A stretch of 64,000 bases of DNA from an uncultured delta proteobacterium (GTDB taxonomy: Bacteria > Myxococcota_A > Polyangia > Polyangiales > Polyangiaceae). The notes under the pieces are model-generated. The model did not search any database and was not told the origin of the DNA. It saw nothing but the letters and a program-made list of their open reading frames with translations. The stretch covers positions 2,240,001 through 2,304,000 of the forward strand of contig CAWDXG010000004.1 in the NCBI GenBank assembly GCA_963806225.1, given 5' to 3'. A program made the translations under genes and the position numbers. Of this stretch, positions 1 to 10,564 are shown in pieces. Within the stretch, counting starts at the first letter, position 1; the number at the start of each line of letters is the position of its first letter.

Positions 1-1
1 G

Positions 2-466
2 CTGGGCCCCGACGAGGCGGACGATTTCAAGACCAAGAGCCCGCTGGAGGTAATCCGCGCCGCTGACCGCACGTCACGCATCCTCTCCAGTCTGCTCGCA
101 GGGATCGCCTTCGTGTCGCTGCTCGTTGGCGGCATCGGCATCATGAACATCCAGTTGGTCTCCGTCGCGGAACGCACCGAGGAGATCGGGATCCGGGCAG
201 CGATCGGCGCGTCGCCGCGACAGATCCTGGCCCAGTTCCTGGGCGAGGCCGCGGCACTCTCGCTTCTGGGCGTCGTGCTCGGCGTCGGCGCCGGCATCGC
301 CGTGGCCAGCGGCGTGGCGAGCTGGATGGCCTGGCCGCGCGTCATATCGCCTGCCGGCGTTACGCTCGCGGCGCTCTTCGGCCTCGCCGTCGGCATCGCC
401 TTCGGCTACCTGCCGGCGCATCGCGCCGCCCGATTGGATCCGATCGATGCCTTGCGACACGAATGA
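2..466 (+). CDS. ABC transporter permease, MacB/FtsX family (5' partial)
   Basis: C-terminal MacB signature SLLVGGIGIMNI...ERTEEIGIRAAIGA...PAHRAARLDPIDALRHE; frame open from the window edge. Confidence 0.92.
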   Translation: MGPDEADDFKTKSPLEVIRAADRTSRILSSLLAGIAFVSLLVGGIGIMNIQLVSVAERTEEIGIRAAIGASPRQILAQFLGEAAALSLLGVVLGVGAGIAVASGVASWMAWPRVISPAGVTLAALFGLAVGIAFGYLPAHRAARLDPIDALRHE

Positions 467-482
467 TCGACGCCCACGGCGG

Positions 483-1784
483 ATGATCGCGGCCCTCCTC
501 TGCGCCGCGGCGGGACTTCTGTGCGCGGCTCCGCTCCGCGCCGAGGTGGTGACGCTGCAGTCGCTGGAACAGAAGGCGCTCGCCCGTCGCGCAACGCTCG
601 GCGCCGAACGCGCCAGGCAGAGCCGCGCCCGCGCCCAGGTCGATCTGGCTCGAGCGGCGACCTTTCCCCAATTCGGCTTCGACACCGACGGCGCCTTGGC
701 CCCAGGCAACTCGCTGATCAGCGTGCTCGACGTCGACGGGCACGAGTACCGCGTGCTCGGCTCGAGACCGCTCGGTAGCAGCGGTGCCTTTAGCCCCGAG
801 CCCCGCTACAGCGCGGCGCTCACGCTCGGGGGAACCGTCTACGATTTCGGGCGGAGCGCCGGGCGCATCGACGCGGCCGAGGCCGGGGCGCGCGCCGCAG
901 ATGCGGACCTCGGCGCAGCACGGGCCACGGTCGTACGCCAGGTGCAACTGGCCTACCTCGATTGGGTCCTCGCGCTGGGAGCCGCGAAGATCGCCGAGCG
1001 TGCCGTCGACAACGCAATGGCACAGCGGACGGCCGTTGCGGGCTACATCGAGGAAGGCAAGCGACCGCGGTCCGACCTGTTGAGCGCACGTGCCGAGTTG
1101 GCACAGGCGAGACTCGATCTCGTGGAAGCACGGGGCCGCGTCGGCAGGGCGCGACTCTCCGTCGAGCGCGCCGCAGCCGTCTCGCTCTCTGCGATGGGCG
1201 CGCCGGATCCCGGTCTGCTCGACATCACTCCTCCTCGGAAAAAGGCTCGGCGGGCGCCCGCGCTCACCGCGCTGGAACGCCGGCGCGCCGCGGCCCGGGC
1301 CAGCGCCCGTTCCCACGCCCACCCCTGGGCGCCCGTGATCTCCGGCACGGCGGAAGCCGGCGTCTACGGACAGAAGGCGACCGTGTTCCCGTCGTATCGC
1401 GTGGGGCTCAAGCTCTCCATCCCGCTCTGGGACGGCGGGGTCGAGCGCGCGCGGCGGAACGTGGCGCGCGCGACCGCCGCCGAGCTCTCCGCCGAAACCG
1501 CCGAGCTCGGCCGGAGCCTGTCGCACGCCGAAGCGAAAGCGCGCGCGGACTGGAAGAACGCGGCGCTCCGCGTGAAAGTCGCGAAGGAGTTCCACCGGGC
1601 AGCCGAGGCCGCCCTCGACGCGGTCAACGAGCGCTATCGGCTCGGTGACGGGTCGGCGGAAGCCGTCATCCGGGCGCGTGCGCAGGAGAACGACGCCGCC
1701 CTCAGGCTACTCCGTGCGCGCGGAACCCGCGCCGACGCCGTGCTGCGGCTCCGCGACCTGGGCGCAGGCAGGAGCGTCCGCTAG
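483..1784 (+). CDS. TolC family outer membrane efflux protein
   Basis: Signal peptide MIAALLCAAAGLLCAAPLRA; two OEP-like repeats (YDFGR, LSIPLWDGG, ERYRLG); directly follows the MacB permease. Confidence 0.85.
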   Translation: MIAALLCAAAGLLCAAPLRAEVVTLQSLEQKALARRATLGAERARQSRARAQVDLARAATFPQFGFDTDGALAPGNSLISVLDVDGHEYRVLGSRPLGSSGAFSPEPRYSAALTLGGTVYDFGRSAGRIDAAEAGARAADADLGAARATVVRQVQLAYLDWVLALGAAKIAERAVDNAMAQRTAVAGYIEEGKRPRSDLLSARAELAQARLDLVEARGRVGRARLSVERAAAVSLSAMGAPDPGLLDITPPRKKARRAPALTALERRRAAARASARSHAHPWAPVISGTAEAGVYGQKATVFPSYRVGLKLSIPLWDGGVERARRNVARATAAELSAETAELGRSLSHAEAKARADWKNAALRVKVAKEFHRAAEAALDAVNERYRLGDGSAEAVIRARAQENDAALRLLRARGTRADAVLRLRDLGAGRSVR

Positions 1785-1900
1785 AGCGCGCGCGCGGTCC
1801 GATTGGAGTCCTGTCGTTGCGGCCGGAGTTGACGTTGCTCATGTCGCCCCACGCGGGCGGTTCGCTGGCTCGGCGCGGATGATAGGCTGATGGCGGCATC

Positions 1901-3301
1901 ATGGCGACGCTTCCGGACCGTGCGCGCGTGCTCATCGTGCACATGCCCAAGATAGCGGCCGGCATCAACGAGATCATGGTGATGCCGATGGGGCTCTTCC
2001 CCATCAGCCGCGCGCTCCGCGGTGCCGGCTACGATGTCGAGATCGTCCACTTCGGCATCGAGAAGCAGCTCGACCCGTCGTTCTCGGTCCTGCACTACGT
2101 CGAACGACAACGACCACTCGCCGTGCTGCTCGACCTGCACTGGCACCACCAGACGTTCAGCGTTCTCGCCGCCGCCCAGCGCATCAAGCGCCTGTTGCCG
2201 CACACGGCCATCGTGCTCGGCGGGCTGACCGCCTCGTGCTTTCATCGCGAGATTATCGAGCAGCTGCCGTTCGTGGACTACGTGATCCGCGGCGACGGCG
2301 AGAAGCCCTCGCGGGAGCTTTTGCGCGTGCTGTCCGGCGAAGCGCGGGTCGAGGACGTGCCGAACCTCACCTGGCGCGACGATGGCGACGTTCGCGAGAC
2401 CCCGTTCGGCTTCCGCACCGGCACCGACCACGTCTGGCCAGGGCACGTCGAGCTTGAACCGCTCAGGCATCACGAGGCCTATCTGTCCACCGCGCTGTAC
2501 GGCGACTTCAACGAGGGCGCCGGGAGCAGCCACCAACTCGGTGCCGCGTTCTACTACAACCCCGGACGCGGTTGCACTTCGGGATGCGTGTACTGCGGAG
2601 GCTCAGCGGCGGCACAGCGCGCTACCAGCGACCGGCGCGGCGCGTTCTTCTATCCGTTCGACAAGCTCGCGGAAGACGTCGAAAGGATGCAGGGCTACGG
2701 TGTACACACGCTCCGCACTTCCTTCGATCCGGATCCGGAACGCGGGACGTACCTGGAGCTCATGTCGCACCTGTGCCAGGTCGGCTACCGACCGCGGATG
2801 GTCTTCGACCTGTGGTCGCTGCCGACGCCGGCATTCGTGCGCGCCTTCGCGGACACCTTTGCCCCCTCGTCCATCCTGGTGCTCAGCCCCGAAAGCGGCA
2901 GCGCCGGGGTGCGCCGGCGGACGCGGGCGCTCACGTATTCGAACGAGGACGTGATGAACGGGATCCGGTTGATCGAAGACGCCGGGATCGAAGCCCACGT
3001 GTTCTTCACGGCCGGTCTGCCCTTCGAAGGCGCGCCCGAGCTGGCCGAAACCGCCGCGCTGATCAGCCGGATCCGTCGCGAAACCCACGCGGAAGTCTCG
3101 GTGGCCCCCGTAGAGCTCGACCCCGGATCACCGATGCACCGCCACCCCGAGCGCTACGGCGTGACACTCCGGCTGAACACGCTGCGTGACTTCTACGCGG
3201 CCCACCGCATGCCCAGCGCGCCCGGTTTCGGCACCGCACTTCTCAGCGAACCCGCGATCCTGGAAGCGGTGGAGCGACTGCGCGAATGCGCGCGCACGTA
3301 G
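1901..3301 (+). CDS. B12-binding domain radical SAM protein
   Basis: N-terminal cobalamin-binding-like region (PMGL...IVLGGLTAS...DYVIRGDGE); GRGCTSGCVYC; GLPFE. Confidence 0.88.
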   Translation: MATLPDRARVLIVHMPKIAAGINEIMVMPMGLFPISRALRGAGYDVEIVHFGIEKQLDPSFSVLHYVERQRPLAVLLDLHWHHQTFSVLAAAQRIKRLLPHTAIVLGGLTASCFHREIIEQLPFVDYVIRGDGEKPSRELLRVLSGEARVEDVPNLTWRDDGDVRETPFGFRTGTDHVWPGHVELEPLRHHEAYLSTALYGDFNEGAGSSHQLGAAFYYNPGRGCTSGCVYCGGSAAAQRATSDRRGAFFYPFDKLAEDVERMQGYGVHTLRTSFDPDPERGTYLELMSHLCQVGYRPRMVFDLWSLPTPAFVRAFADTFAPSSILVLSPESGSAGVRRRTRALTYSNEDVMNGIRLIEDAGIEAHVFFTAGLPFEGAPELAETAALISRIRRETHAEVSVAPVELDPGSPMHRHPERYGVTLRLNTLRDFYAAHRMPSAPGFGTALLSEPAILEAVERLRECART

Positions 3302-3388
3302 GCGATTGTCGATGGCCTTGCTACGCCGGATGATCATTGACAGGCGCCCGCTTTACACGCTGGAGGCTGCCGCCCAGGATCGTCCTTC

Positions 3389-4288
3389 ATGACCAGCCCG
3401 GCTCCCGCACCGCCCCGCGCCTACGTCGTGACCGCGGGCACCGACAGCGTCGCGGTGATCAACGCGGCGGAGCATCAGCTCGTCGGGAAGGTCCGCGTCG
3501 GAGCAGAGCCGATGCTTGCCGCGCTGTCGCCAGACGGATCGCTGCTGCTCGTCAGCAACCGCGACAGCGACGACGTGAGCTTCGTGGATCCCGAGCGGCT
3601 CGAGGTTATCGCGACGGTCAGCGTGCGGGACGGCGCGGCCGGCTGCGCGTTCTCTCCGGACGGCACGCTGGCGTTCGTGGCCAACGAGCACGCTCACACC
3701 GTGTCTGTCATCGACGTGGCGCGACGCGAGGCGCTGCGCCACGTGCCGGTGGGGCTGAGTCCGTGCGACATGCGCATGCTACCAGACGGGCGGCACCTGG
3801 CCGTCACCTGCGAGGCGTCGCACGAGCTTGCCGTGCTCGACGGTCGCACAGCGGAGCGGGTCCGGTCCATTGTCGTGCGCGAGGGGCCGCTCGCAATCGC
3901 TCTGTCCCCTGACGCCTCGCGGCTCGTCGTGGGCTGTTTCATCTCGAACGACGTGCTCGTCATCGACACGGCATCCTGGGAGATACGGAGCCGCGCACAG
4001 TTCGGTTCAGGTCACATCGGCGCGTGCGTGCTCCCCGGCGGGCGGGAGGCGCTGGTCACCAACGGCGATAGTGACTCGATCTCGGTTTTCGAGCTCGAGC
4101 ATTGCAGGGAGACGGCCCGCATTCTGGGACTGGTGAACCCCGCCTGCGTATCGCTAACGCCCGACGGCCGGTTCGCCTACGCCACCAACCGCGGAGCGGA
4201 CACGCTCTCCGTCATCGATCTGGCGACGCGCGCAGTGGTCCGATCGCTGCGCGTCGGTGCTTCCCCGCTCGGCCTGTGCATGGGCTGA
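3389..4288 (+). CDS. YVTN/YncE-type beta-propeller repeat protein
   Basis: About 7 repeats of VxVGxxP...SPDG...VxNxxSDxVSVID; no signal peptide. Confidence 0.85.
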   Translation: MTSPAPAPPRAYVVTAGTDSVAVINAAEHQLVGKVRVGAEPMLAALSPDGSLLLVSNRDSDDVSFVDPERLEVIATVSVRDGAAGCAFSPDGTLAFVANEHAHTVSVIDVARREALRHVPVGLSPCDMRMLPDGRHLAVTCEASHELAVLDGRTAERVRSIVVREGPLAIALSPDASRLVVGCFISNDVLVIDTASWEIRSRAQFGSGHIGACVLPGGREALVTNGDSDSISVFELEHCRETARILGLVNPACVSLTPDGRFAYATNRGADTLSVIDLATRAVVRSLRVGASPLGLCMG

Positions 4289-4303
4289 CGCACGCTGTCT
4301 GCC

Positions 4304-6103
4304 ATGCAACCGCTCGCCGAACCCGCAATCGTCCGCATCGGCGGGCCCATGAACGCGCGACCTGTCGGGGGCACGGCGCGTACGACCACCGCGCGCTCGC
4401 TTGCCGAAATCGCAGCCGACGTGGCGACGAGCCGCGACGCCGGCGCGCGGAGCGTGGTGTTCGCCGGCGGCGAACCGACGATCCGACGGGATCTCGCTCC
4501 GTTGGTCGCGCTGCCGCACCGGGCTGGACTGCGCTCGGGCCTGGTCAGCAGCGGTCGTGCGCTGGTCTACCCCTCCGTACGCTCGCGGATCCTCCGGGGC
4601 GGGGTCGATTACGTCCGGGTCGCGCTGCACGCGCCGACCGCCGCGGTCCATGATCGGCTGGTGGGCGTAGAAGGAGCGTTCGACCAGACGTGGGCTGGGC
4701 TATCCGCCCTGCTCACCGAGGCGCCGCGCGAGCTGTTCGTCGATGTCGCATGCACGGTTGTCGCACCCAATGCCGAGCTTCTTGTCCCGCTCGTGCAACG
4801 CTTGTCGGGGCTCGAGCGTAGCGCAACGCTCGGGATCCGCTTCGTCGCGCCGCTGGTTGTGGACGACGCGGCGGAGTGGCCCGCGCAGGGCACGCTCGCC
4901 CGGGTGGAAGAAGCGCTGGAGCTGGCAGGGGCGCTGGCTGCATCCTGGGAGGGCTTTCCGCCGTGCCTTCTGGCCGGACACGCCGAGGCGCGGGACGAGA
5001 GACTGCGCTGGGGCGCGCCGGCATACGGGCCGGAAGACGGCGGCGACGCGCTCCTGCGCGAACGGGCGGACGGGCGCGAGAAGCCCTACCCGTGTCGTGA
5101 CTGCATCCACGGGACGACCTGTCCGGGCGCACCGACCCCGGCGCTCGAGCACTGGGGCGAGGCCGCGCTCGCGCCGGTGCGTGGAGTGCGGGCGAACTCG
5201 TTCAACTTCGAGCAGGCCGAGGATCTCGGCGAGGTCTCTCCGTCGGCTGCGGACTGTGCCGTGCGAGCCCGCACGCACCTCGCACACCCGGTCCGTGACC
5301 TCGTGCTGCTCCGGGACGGCGCCGCTTCACTGTACCGTTCGCCGACGTTGGACTTCTCCGACGCGGAGGTACGCCGCACGCGCGACGAGCTGGAGCAGGT
5401 CTATCTGGACATCAGCGAGACCGCCGTGCTCACCGAGTTCACGAGCGGCATCCGCCGCGTGCGCCCGCACAGCGTGTGTTCGTCGTGCAGCGACCGCGCG
5501 CGGTGTCCAGCGGTCTGGGAGATCGATCCCGAGCTGCCATTTTCGCGTGAGGAACGCTGGCTAAAAAGGGAAGTGTCCCGCGCTCGCGGCCGCGTGCTCG
5601 ACGTGGGCTGCGGCGAGCAGCCCTATCGCGCCGAGATCGCGGCGGGCATCGCAGCCGGGCACATCGACTATCACGGTCTGGATCCGGACGCCGCGGCGAT
5701 CGAGCGCTTCCGCGCGGCCGGTGTAGGCGGCAGGCTCGAGGTCGGTTCAATCGAGGATCTGGACGTCGCCCAGGGCTTCTACGACTACGTGTTCGTCTTC
5801 CGCTCGCTGAACCACTTTTTCGATCTCGAGCGCGCCTTCACGGTCATCGAGCGGGCCCTGCGCGTCGGCGGCATGCTCTACGTCTGCGATTCGGTGGTGT
5901 TCGCCATGCTGCGCACCCGCGCGCAGGTCGAGTGGGCCGACACCCACGCCGCGGTGGGCCACGAGCACTACCGCAACTGGTCGAGCGAGGAGCTACTCGA
6001 CTTCCTCCAGCGCTACCGTTTCCGGGTCAACGTGCACCGCCCAGTCAGCCCGGACGGCTCGAATCAGTGGATTCTCAAGCTGCTGCGTTCGCCGAACTCT
6101 TGA
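4304..6103 (+). CDS. Fusion of degenerate HxsC-like radical SAM fold (no CxxxCxxC) and class I SAM-dependent methyltransferase
   Basis: FAGGEPTIR and HDRLVGVEGAFDQT rSAM motifs; GGPMNARPVG where CNxxCxxC is expected; two CxxCxxxxxC motifs; C-terminal VLDVGCG...SLNH...LRVGG. Confidence 0.8.
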   Translation: MQPLAEPAIVRIGGPMNARPVGGTARTTTARSLAEIAADVATSRDAGARSVVFAGGEPTIRRDLAPLVALPHRAGLRSGLVSSGRALVYPSVRSRILRGGVDYVRVALHAPTAAVHDRLVGVEGAFDQTWAGLSALLTEAPRELFVDVACTVVAPNAELLVPLVQRLSGLERSATLGIRFVAPLVVDDAAEWPAQGTLARVEEALELAGALAASWEGFPPCLLAGHAEARDERLRWGAPAYGPEDGGDALLRERADGREKPYPCRDCIHGTTCPGAPTPALEHWGEAALAPVRGVRANSFNFEQAEDLGEVSPSAADCAVRARTHLAHPVRDLVLLRDGAASLYRSPTLDFSDAEVRRTRDELEQVYLDISETAVLTEFTSGIRRVRPHSVCSSCSDRARCPAVWEIDPELPFSREERWLKREVSRARGRVLDVGCGEQPYRAEIAAGIAAGHIDYHGLDPDAAAIERFRAAGVGGRLEVGSIEDLDVAQGFYDYVFVFRSLNHFFDLERAFTVIERALRVGGMLYVCDSVVFAMLRTRAQVEWADTHAAVGHEHYRNWSSEELLDFLQRYRFRVNVHRPVSPDGSNQWILKLLRSPNS

Positions 6104-7798
6104 GGCGGGTCGCCGTCGTTCTTGAGGACGAGATCGACGAGCGCGCCCAGCAGCTTCTGCGCCTCCGCATCCGTCTGCTCGTCGTCGACCAGCAAATCGA
6201 ACGTCGCCGTCCGGGCAAACGCGTCCGGATTCGAGTCGCCAGGGCGCAGCTGCAGGCGGACGCTCCGCTCACCCGGGCCCAGGAGCACGACGACCGGAAA
6301 GCCGTGCTCTCGCTCGATCGCTCCCACTTTCCATCCAGGTTGCCGAAGCGGGCGCCCGGGAGACAGCGGCGCGATCGCCTCGAGCACCGTCTCGTCCGCG
6401 ATACGCTCGGGCGCGGGTGCACCCAGACGGCCACCTCCAGCCATGGTCATCTTCGGCATCGTGCCGCCGAGGATCCGGAGCGGCTCCGCATCCTCCCAGA
6501 CGAAGAGATCGGCGCGGGGGTGATCCGCAATAAGCTCGAGCGCACGGCGCAGATCGTCTTCGGGGAAGGTGGACGTGCCGAGCACGTACGGTATGCCGGA
6601 GCGGTTGTAGCGGATGCCGAACTTCTCGGCGTCCATGGCAAACCGCGAGCCCGGCGGGATGATCGTCCAATGCGCACGCGCGTGCCGGATGCGGCGCGGA
6701 CCGGGGCGCTCGGCAAGACGCGCGATGTAGTCGAGCGTGCTCCGGAAGCCTTCGAGCGTGTCCCCGGGCATGCCCAACATGATGTTTGGCGTAACGGGCC
6801 CGACGCGCTCGGTGATCATGTCCACCGCGCGAGCGAATTCGTCCTCAACGTCGGGCTTGCGCCCGGTGGCGCGCAGCGCGACCGGATTCACGCTCTCCAG
6901 TCCGATCAGTATCTCGTGCGTGCGGATGCGCCCGAGCGCTCGAACCTGGTCCGGCGTGATGAAGCGGTAGTTGAGGAAGTACGTCGAGTAAACGTCCCCG
7001 TCCGGATCCCCCTTGTGGATCGCGTCGGCCAGAGCGTCGAGCCACTCGCTCTTGTTGTTGATGGCGCTGTCGATAATGAAGGCGTGGGCATAGCCCTCTT
7101 CGCGCGCCCAGGCGTACTCGGCCGAGATCCGCTCGGTCGAGACAAAGCGCAGACCGCGCCCGTGCATCTGCCAGGCGCAGTGTTTGCAACGGTAGACGCA
7201 GCCTCGTGACGTCTCGAGCAGCAGGTTCTGCTTCGGTGGCCGGAGCACGCCGTCGAGGATCGGCGAACGGAGCGTCGCGAGGTCGCCCACGGGCGGCCCC
7301 AGCGGCTGCTCGCGCACCGATCCGTCCCCCGCACGCCACGCGATGCCGGGAATGCCCGACAGAATCCTTCCAGTCGCTGGCGAGTAGCGCCGCCAGCACC
7401 TCCTCGCCCTCACCCCGCACGGCAACGTCGACCGCCGGATTTTCCTCGAGCACGCGCTCGGTCTCGTACGACACGGACGGCCCCCCGACGACCACCCGGA
7501 TCCCGGGCTTTTTCGCCCGTACCCGCTGCGCGAGCTCGAGCTCTGCCTGGATGTCCCACGCATAGCAGGACAAGCCCAGCACATCGGGGTCAACGTCGAG
7601 CACGCGCTCGACCACAGCCTCGCTGAAATGGGGCGAATCCAGATAGAACGGCAGATCGAAGCGCTCCACTTCGATTCCCGAAAGCTCCGGCCGCGCCTGG
7701 ACGTAGGCGTGCAGACACGGCGTCGCCAGGTTGTAGCGACGACTTCCGCCCTGCGCGTGCGGCGCAGCAATTCCGGTCCCTACTAGCAGGACCTTCAC
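6064..7798 (-). CDS. B12-binding radical SAM protein (split by one +1 frameshift at 7363-7364; ~577 aa when repaired)
   Basis: GTG start with GGAGGAG RBS; B12 domain (LGLSCYAWD, VVGGPSVS, VRGEGE) in one frame; ETSRGCVYRCKHC and LGMPGDT in the other; removing one A joins them. Confidence 0.82.
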
Positions 7799-7894
7799 CA
7801 AAGGTTCTCCTCCCTGGATGCTACGGGGCACCTCCGACGCCAGCCATGACAGTCGTCATGTTCGGCACCCACCGTGGTGCCCTAGCCTTGGTAT

Positions 7895-9256
7895 GTGGTC
7901 GGTACGACCCGGACGCTTGCGATCGCCTTCTTTCCGCGGAAGTTCTGCGGCGAGGCGGCGCAATTCGAGTTGGGGCTGCACCGACTGGCTCCGATGGCGC
8001 CACCGGGTTGGGGCGTCGTGTGGGTGGAGCTCGACCACGACGACCAGGATGCGAACGTGCGTGCGGTTCGCGAAGCGGGAGCGGATCTGCTTCTCGTCCA
8101 CGCGAATCGCACGCAGATGGTCGAGACGGTCGCATTCGTGGACGCGATGACCGAGCAGTCGCCGGAGCTCGCGCTGGTGCTCTCGGGCTGGGTCGGCAAG
8201 CCGGCGTACGTGGACCAATGCTTCGCCATCTCCGCCGGGCTCCGGCACCCGGTCTTCGCCGTCGCCTGCGGCGAGATCGAGGCGATCATCCCACCGATGC
8301 TCGAGCGTCTGGGCGACGCCCGGATCGGCGCCGACAGCCTGGTCGGCCACCGCGGGGTCGTCGCCTGGGACGCACAGAACGGTACCTGGACGGGCGACGA
8401 CGAGTTCGTCTTCGTCGAGGACATGAACACGCTGCCCGACGCATCGATCGATCATATCTCCAAGGAGTGGCGCGATGCCCACGCGGGCTGGGTGGAGATC
8501 ACGCGCGGTTGCCGCTACCGATGCGCGTTCTGCTTCGCCTCCTGCTACCAGCACGCCCGCATGCGCAGCTTCAGCCCCGAGCGCATCCGCAACAGCATCC
8601 AACTTGTCGCCAAGAAGGGCGTGAAGGTGATGGGGCTGTACACCGCGAGCGTGAGTCTCGACATCGACCTGATGAGTACGGTGGTCGAGACCTTCCGTGA
8701 GCTCTCGCTCTCCGACGTGACGGTGGTGGGAGCGCTAGGCCCCATCGACAAGAAGTTCATCCCGCAGGACAAGCTCGAACGGCTGTCCAGGCTCGACTGG
8801 AACGTGATGACCGTCGGGCTCCAGAGCATCACGCCTGAAGCCACCCGGCTCGCCCGACGGCCGGACGACACGGACATGTTTGCGCGAACGATGGAGTACC
8901 TGTCCGGCTTCGTGACCCCCGAGGTGGAGCTGATCCTCGGCTTGCCGGGTGACACGCCCGCAGGTTTCCGTCAGACCATCGACTTTGCGTTCTCGCTGCC
9001 GGTCAACGTCACCGTGCAGACCTTCCGCCTCGACCCATGGTCCAGCTACTCCGCGCAGCGCGAGCTGCACGGGTTGAAGGCGGACTACACCGACGTTGGC
9101 CGGGTGTACGAGAGCAATGGGTTCCCCGGAGACCAGATCCGCCAGAGCGCGGACTGGCTCCGCGGCGTTGCCCGGTCGACCCGCGAGCGCAGGGCCCACC
9201 ACATCGCCCTCGACGGCGAACAGCTCAATTCGCGCGCCGCTTCTGCTTCGCGTTGA
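7895..9256 (+). CDS. Radical SAM protein with divergent B12-binding-like N-terminus
   Basis: EITRGCRYRCAFC, VGLQS, LILGLPGDT; ACGEIE at the usual GEGE position. Confidence 0.85.
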   Translation: MVGTTRTLAIAFFPRKFCGEAAQFELGLHRLAPMAPPGWGVVWVELDHDDQDANVRAVREAGADLLLVHANRTQMVETVAFVDAMTEQSPELALVLSGWVGKPAYVDQCFAISAGLRHPVFAVACGEIEAIIPPMLERLGDARIGADSLVGHRGVVAWDAQNGTWTGDDEFVFVEDMNTLPDASIDHISKEWRDAHAGWVEITRGCRYRCAFCFASCYQHARMRSFSPERIRNSIQLVAKKGVKVMGLYTASVSLDIDLMSTVVETFRELSLSDVTVVGALGPIDKKFIPQDKLERLSRLDWNVMTVGLQSITPEATRLARRPDDTDMFARTMEYLSGFVTPEVELILGLPGDTPAGFRQTIDFAFSLPVNVTVQTFRLDPWSSYSAQRELHGLKADYTDVGRVYESNGFPGDQIRQSADWLRGVARSTRERRAHHIALDGEQLNSRAASASR

Positions 9257-10564
9257 GATGCTCGCCGTCCAGCGCGAGCTGGCCCGCGCGGTAGCTCCAG
9301 GGACCGGCGCCGAGCTCGCGTAGGAAGGTCCGGCACTCGTCCATCTGCTCGGCCGGAAATGACGGGTGGCCGAGCACGCGCGCCCCGTGGACGAAATCGG
9401 CCGCGATGCGGAGCTTTTGGCGTTCCGCCAAGAAGCTCGACCACGGATCGAGACGCAACGTGTGCACAGTGATGTTTACCGGCAGCGAAAGCAGGAAGCG
9501 CACGGTGCTCTTGAAGCCCTCGGGGGAGTCTCCAGGCAGGCCCAGCACGATCTCGATCTCGGGCGTGATGAAAGCCTTGATCCGCTCCACCGTCTCGGCA
9601 AGCGCCTCGGGGTCGTCTCCGCGACGGATCAACCGCTGTGCGTCGCGGTTGGTCGTCTGCAGGCCGATCGTCATCAGGCGCCAGTCGAGCGACCCGAGCA
9701 GCTCGAGCACCTCGCCGCGTATGTATCTGGCGTGCACCGGGCCGGCAACCGCCATGTTGCGGATGCCCTGCGAGCGGAAGGCTCCGACCAGCGAGCGCAG
9801 GAGCTCGAACGTCGAAGCTGTTGCTGGAAGAGAGAAGACCGAGCACGCTCACACCCTGCTCCGCGGCGCGCCGCACGCCCGCGCTGATGCGCTCCGGGCC
9901 GAAGCGCCGGAGCTCCGGGTGCTCGAAGGCGCTCCCATAGCAGAAAGAGCAGCGGAAGCGGCAACCGCGCGCAAGCTCCAGCCACCCGGCCTTGCTCTCC
10001 TGCCACGCCTTCGGGATGTGCTCGAGCGAGAACGTCCGGCAACGCGTCCAGATCGTGAACGTATTCGTAGCGGGAAGCGCCGCGCCAGCCCTGCTCGCGC
10101 GTGTCGCGCAGCGCGAGTCCCGGCAGTCCCTCCAGATCGAGGAACGCGGCGCCCGATGCCACGCGCTCGAGCACAGCCGGCAACACCGCCTCCACCTCGC
10201 CGCATGCGAGACCGAAGACAGGGCTCTCGAGCGGCTGGGTCGCCGCGATCACAGCGTCGACGTACGGGGGATGCGCGGTCCATCCACACTGCAGGAGCGG
10301 CACCTCCGGGCAGAGTTCTCCGAGGGCGTTGGCGAGCGCAAGCGCGTCGGGAACCTGGAAGCGGTGCGCGTGGAGCAGCACGAAGTCCGGCCGCGCGTCG
10401 GCGATGCGTCGCGCATTGGCGGCGGCGTCGGTGCCGGGAAGCTGGATCCACTCCGGCACCCAGGCGTCGCCGATCATCTGCGGCAGGCGATGCATGCCGA
10501 GCTCGTACTGCGCGGCCTCGCCGCTGAACTGGGTCGGAAAGAACGTCAGCCCGAGCGTCTTCAT
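9225..10564 (-). CDS. Radical SAM protein, paralog of 7895..9256 (two +1 frameshifts at 10031-10032 and 9808-9809; ~445 aa when repaired)
   Basis: Three consecutive frames give a product colinear with the neighbour: FFP..F.GEAAQ.ELG.HRL / ELARGCRFRCSFC / LDWRLMTIGLQ..LGLPGD..RLDPWSS. Confidence 0.8.

Noticed and set aside
1785..1900. Cobalamin riboswitch upstream of the B12-rSAM genes
   Set aside because: No B12-box consensus seen here or in the other short cluster gaps; an Infernal/Rfam scan would be decisive
3337..3361. TTGACA -35 element upstream of the propeller gene
   Set aside because: No -10 element at acceptable spacing
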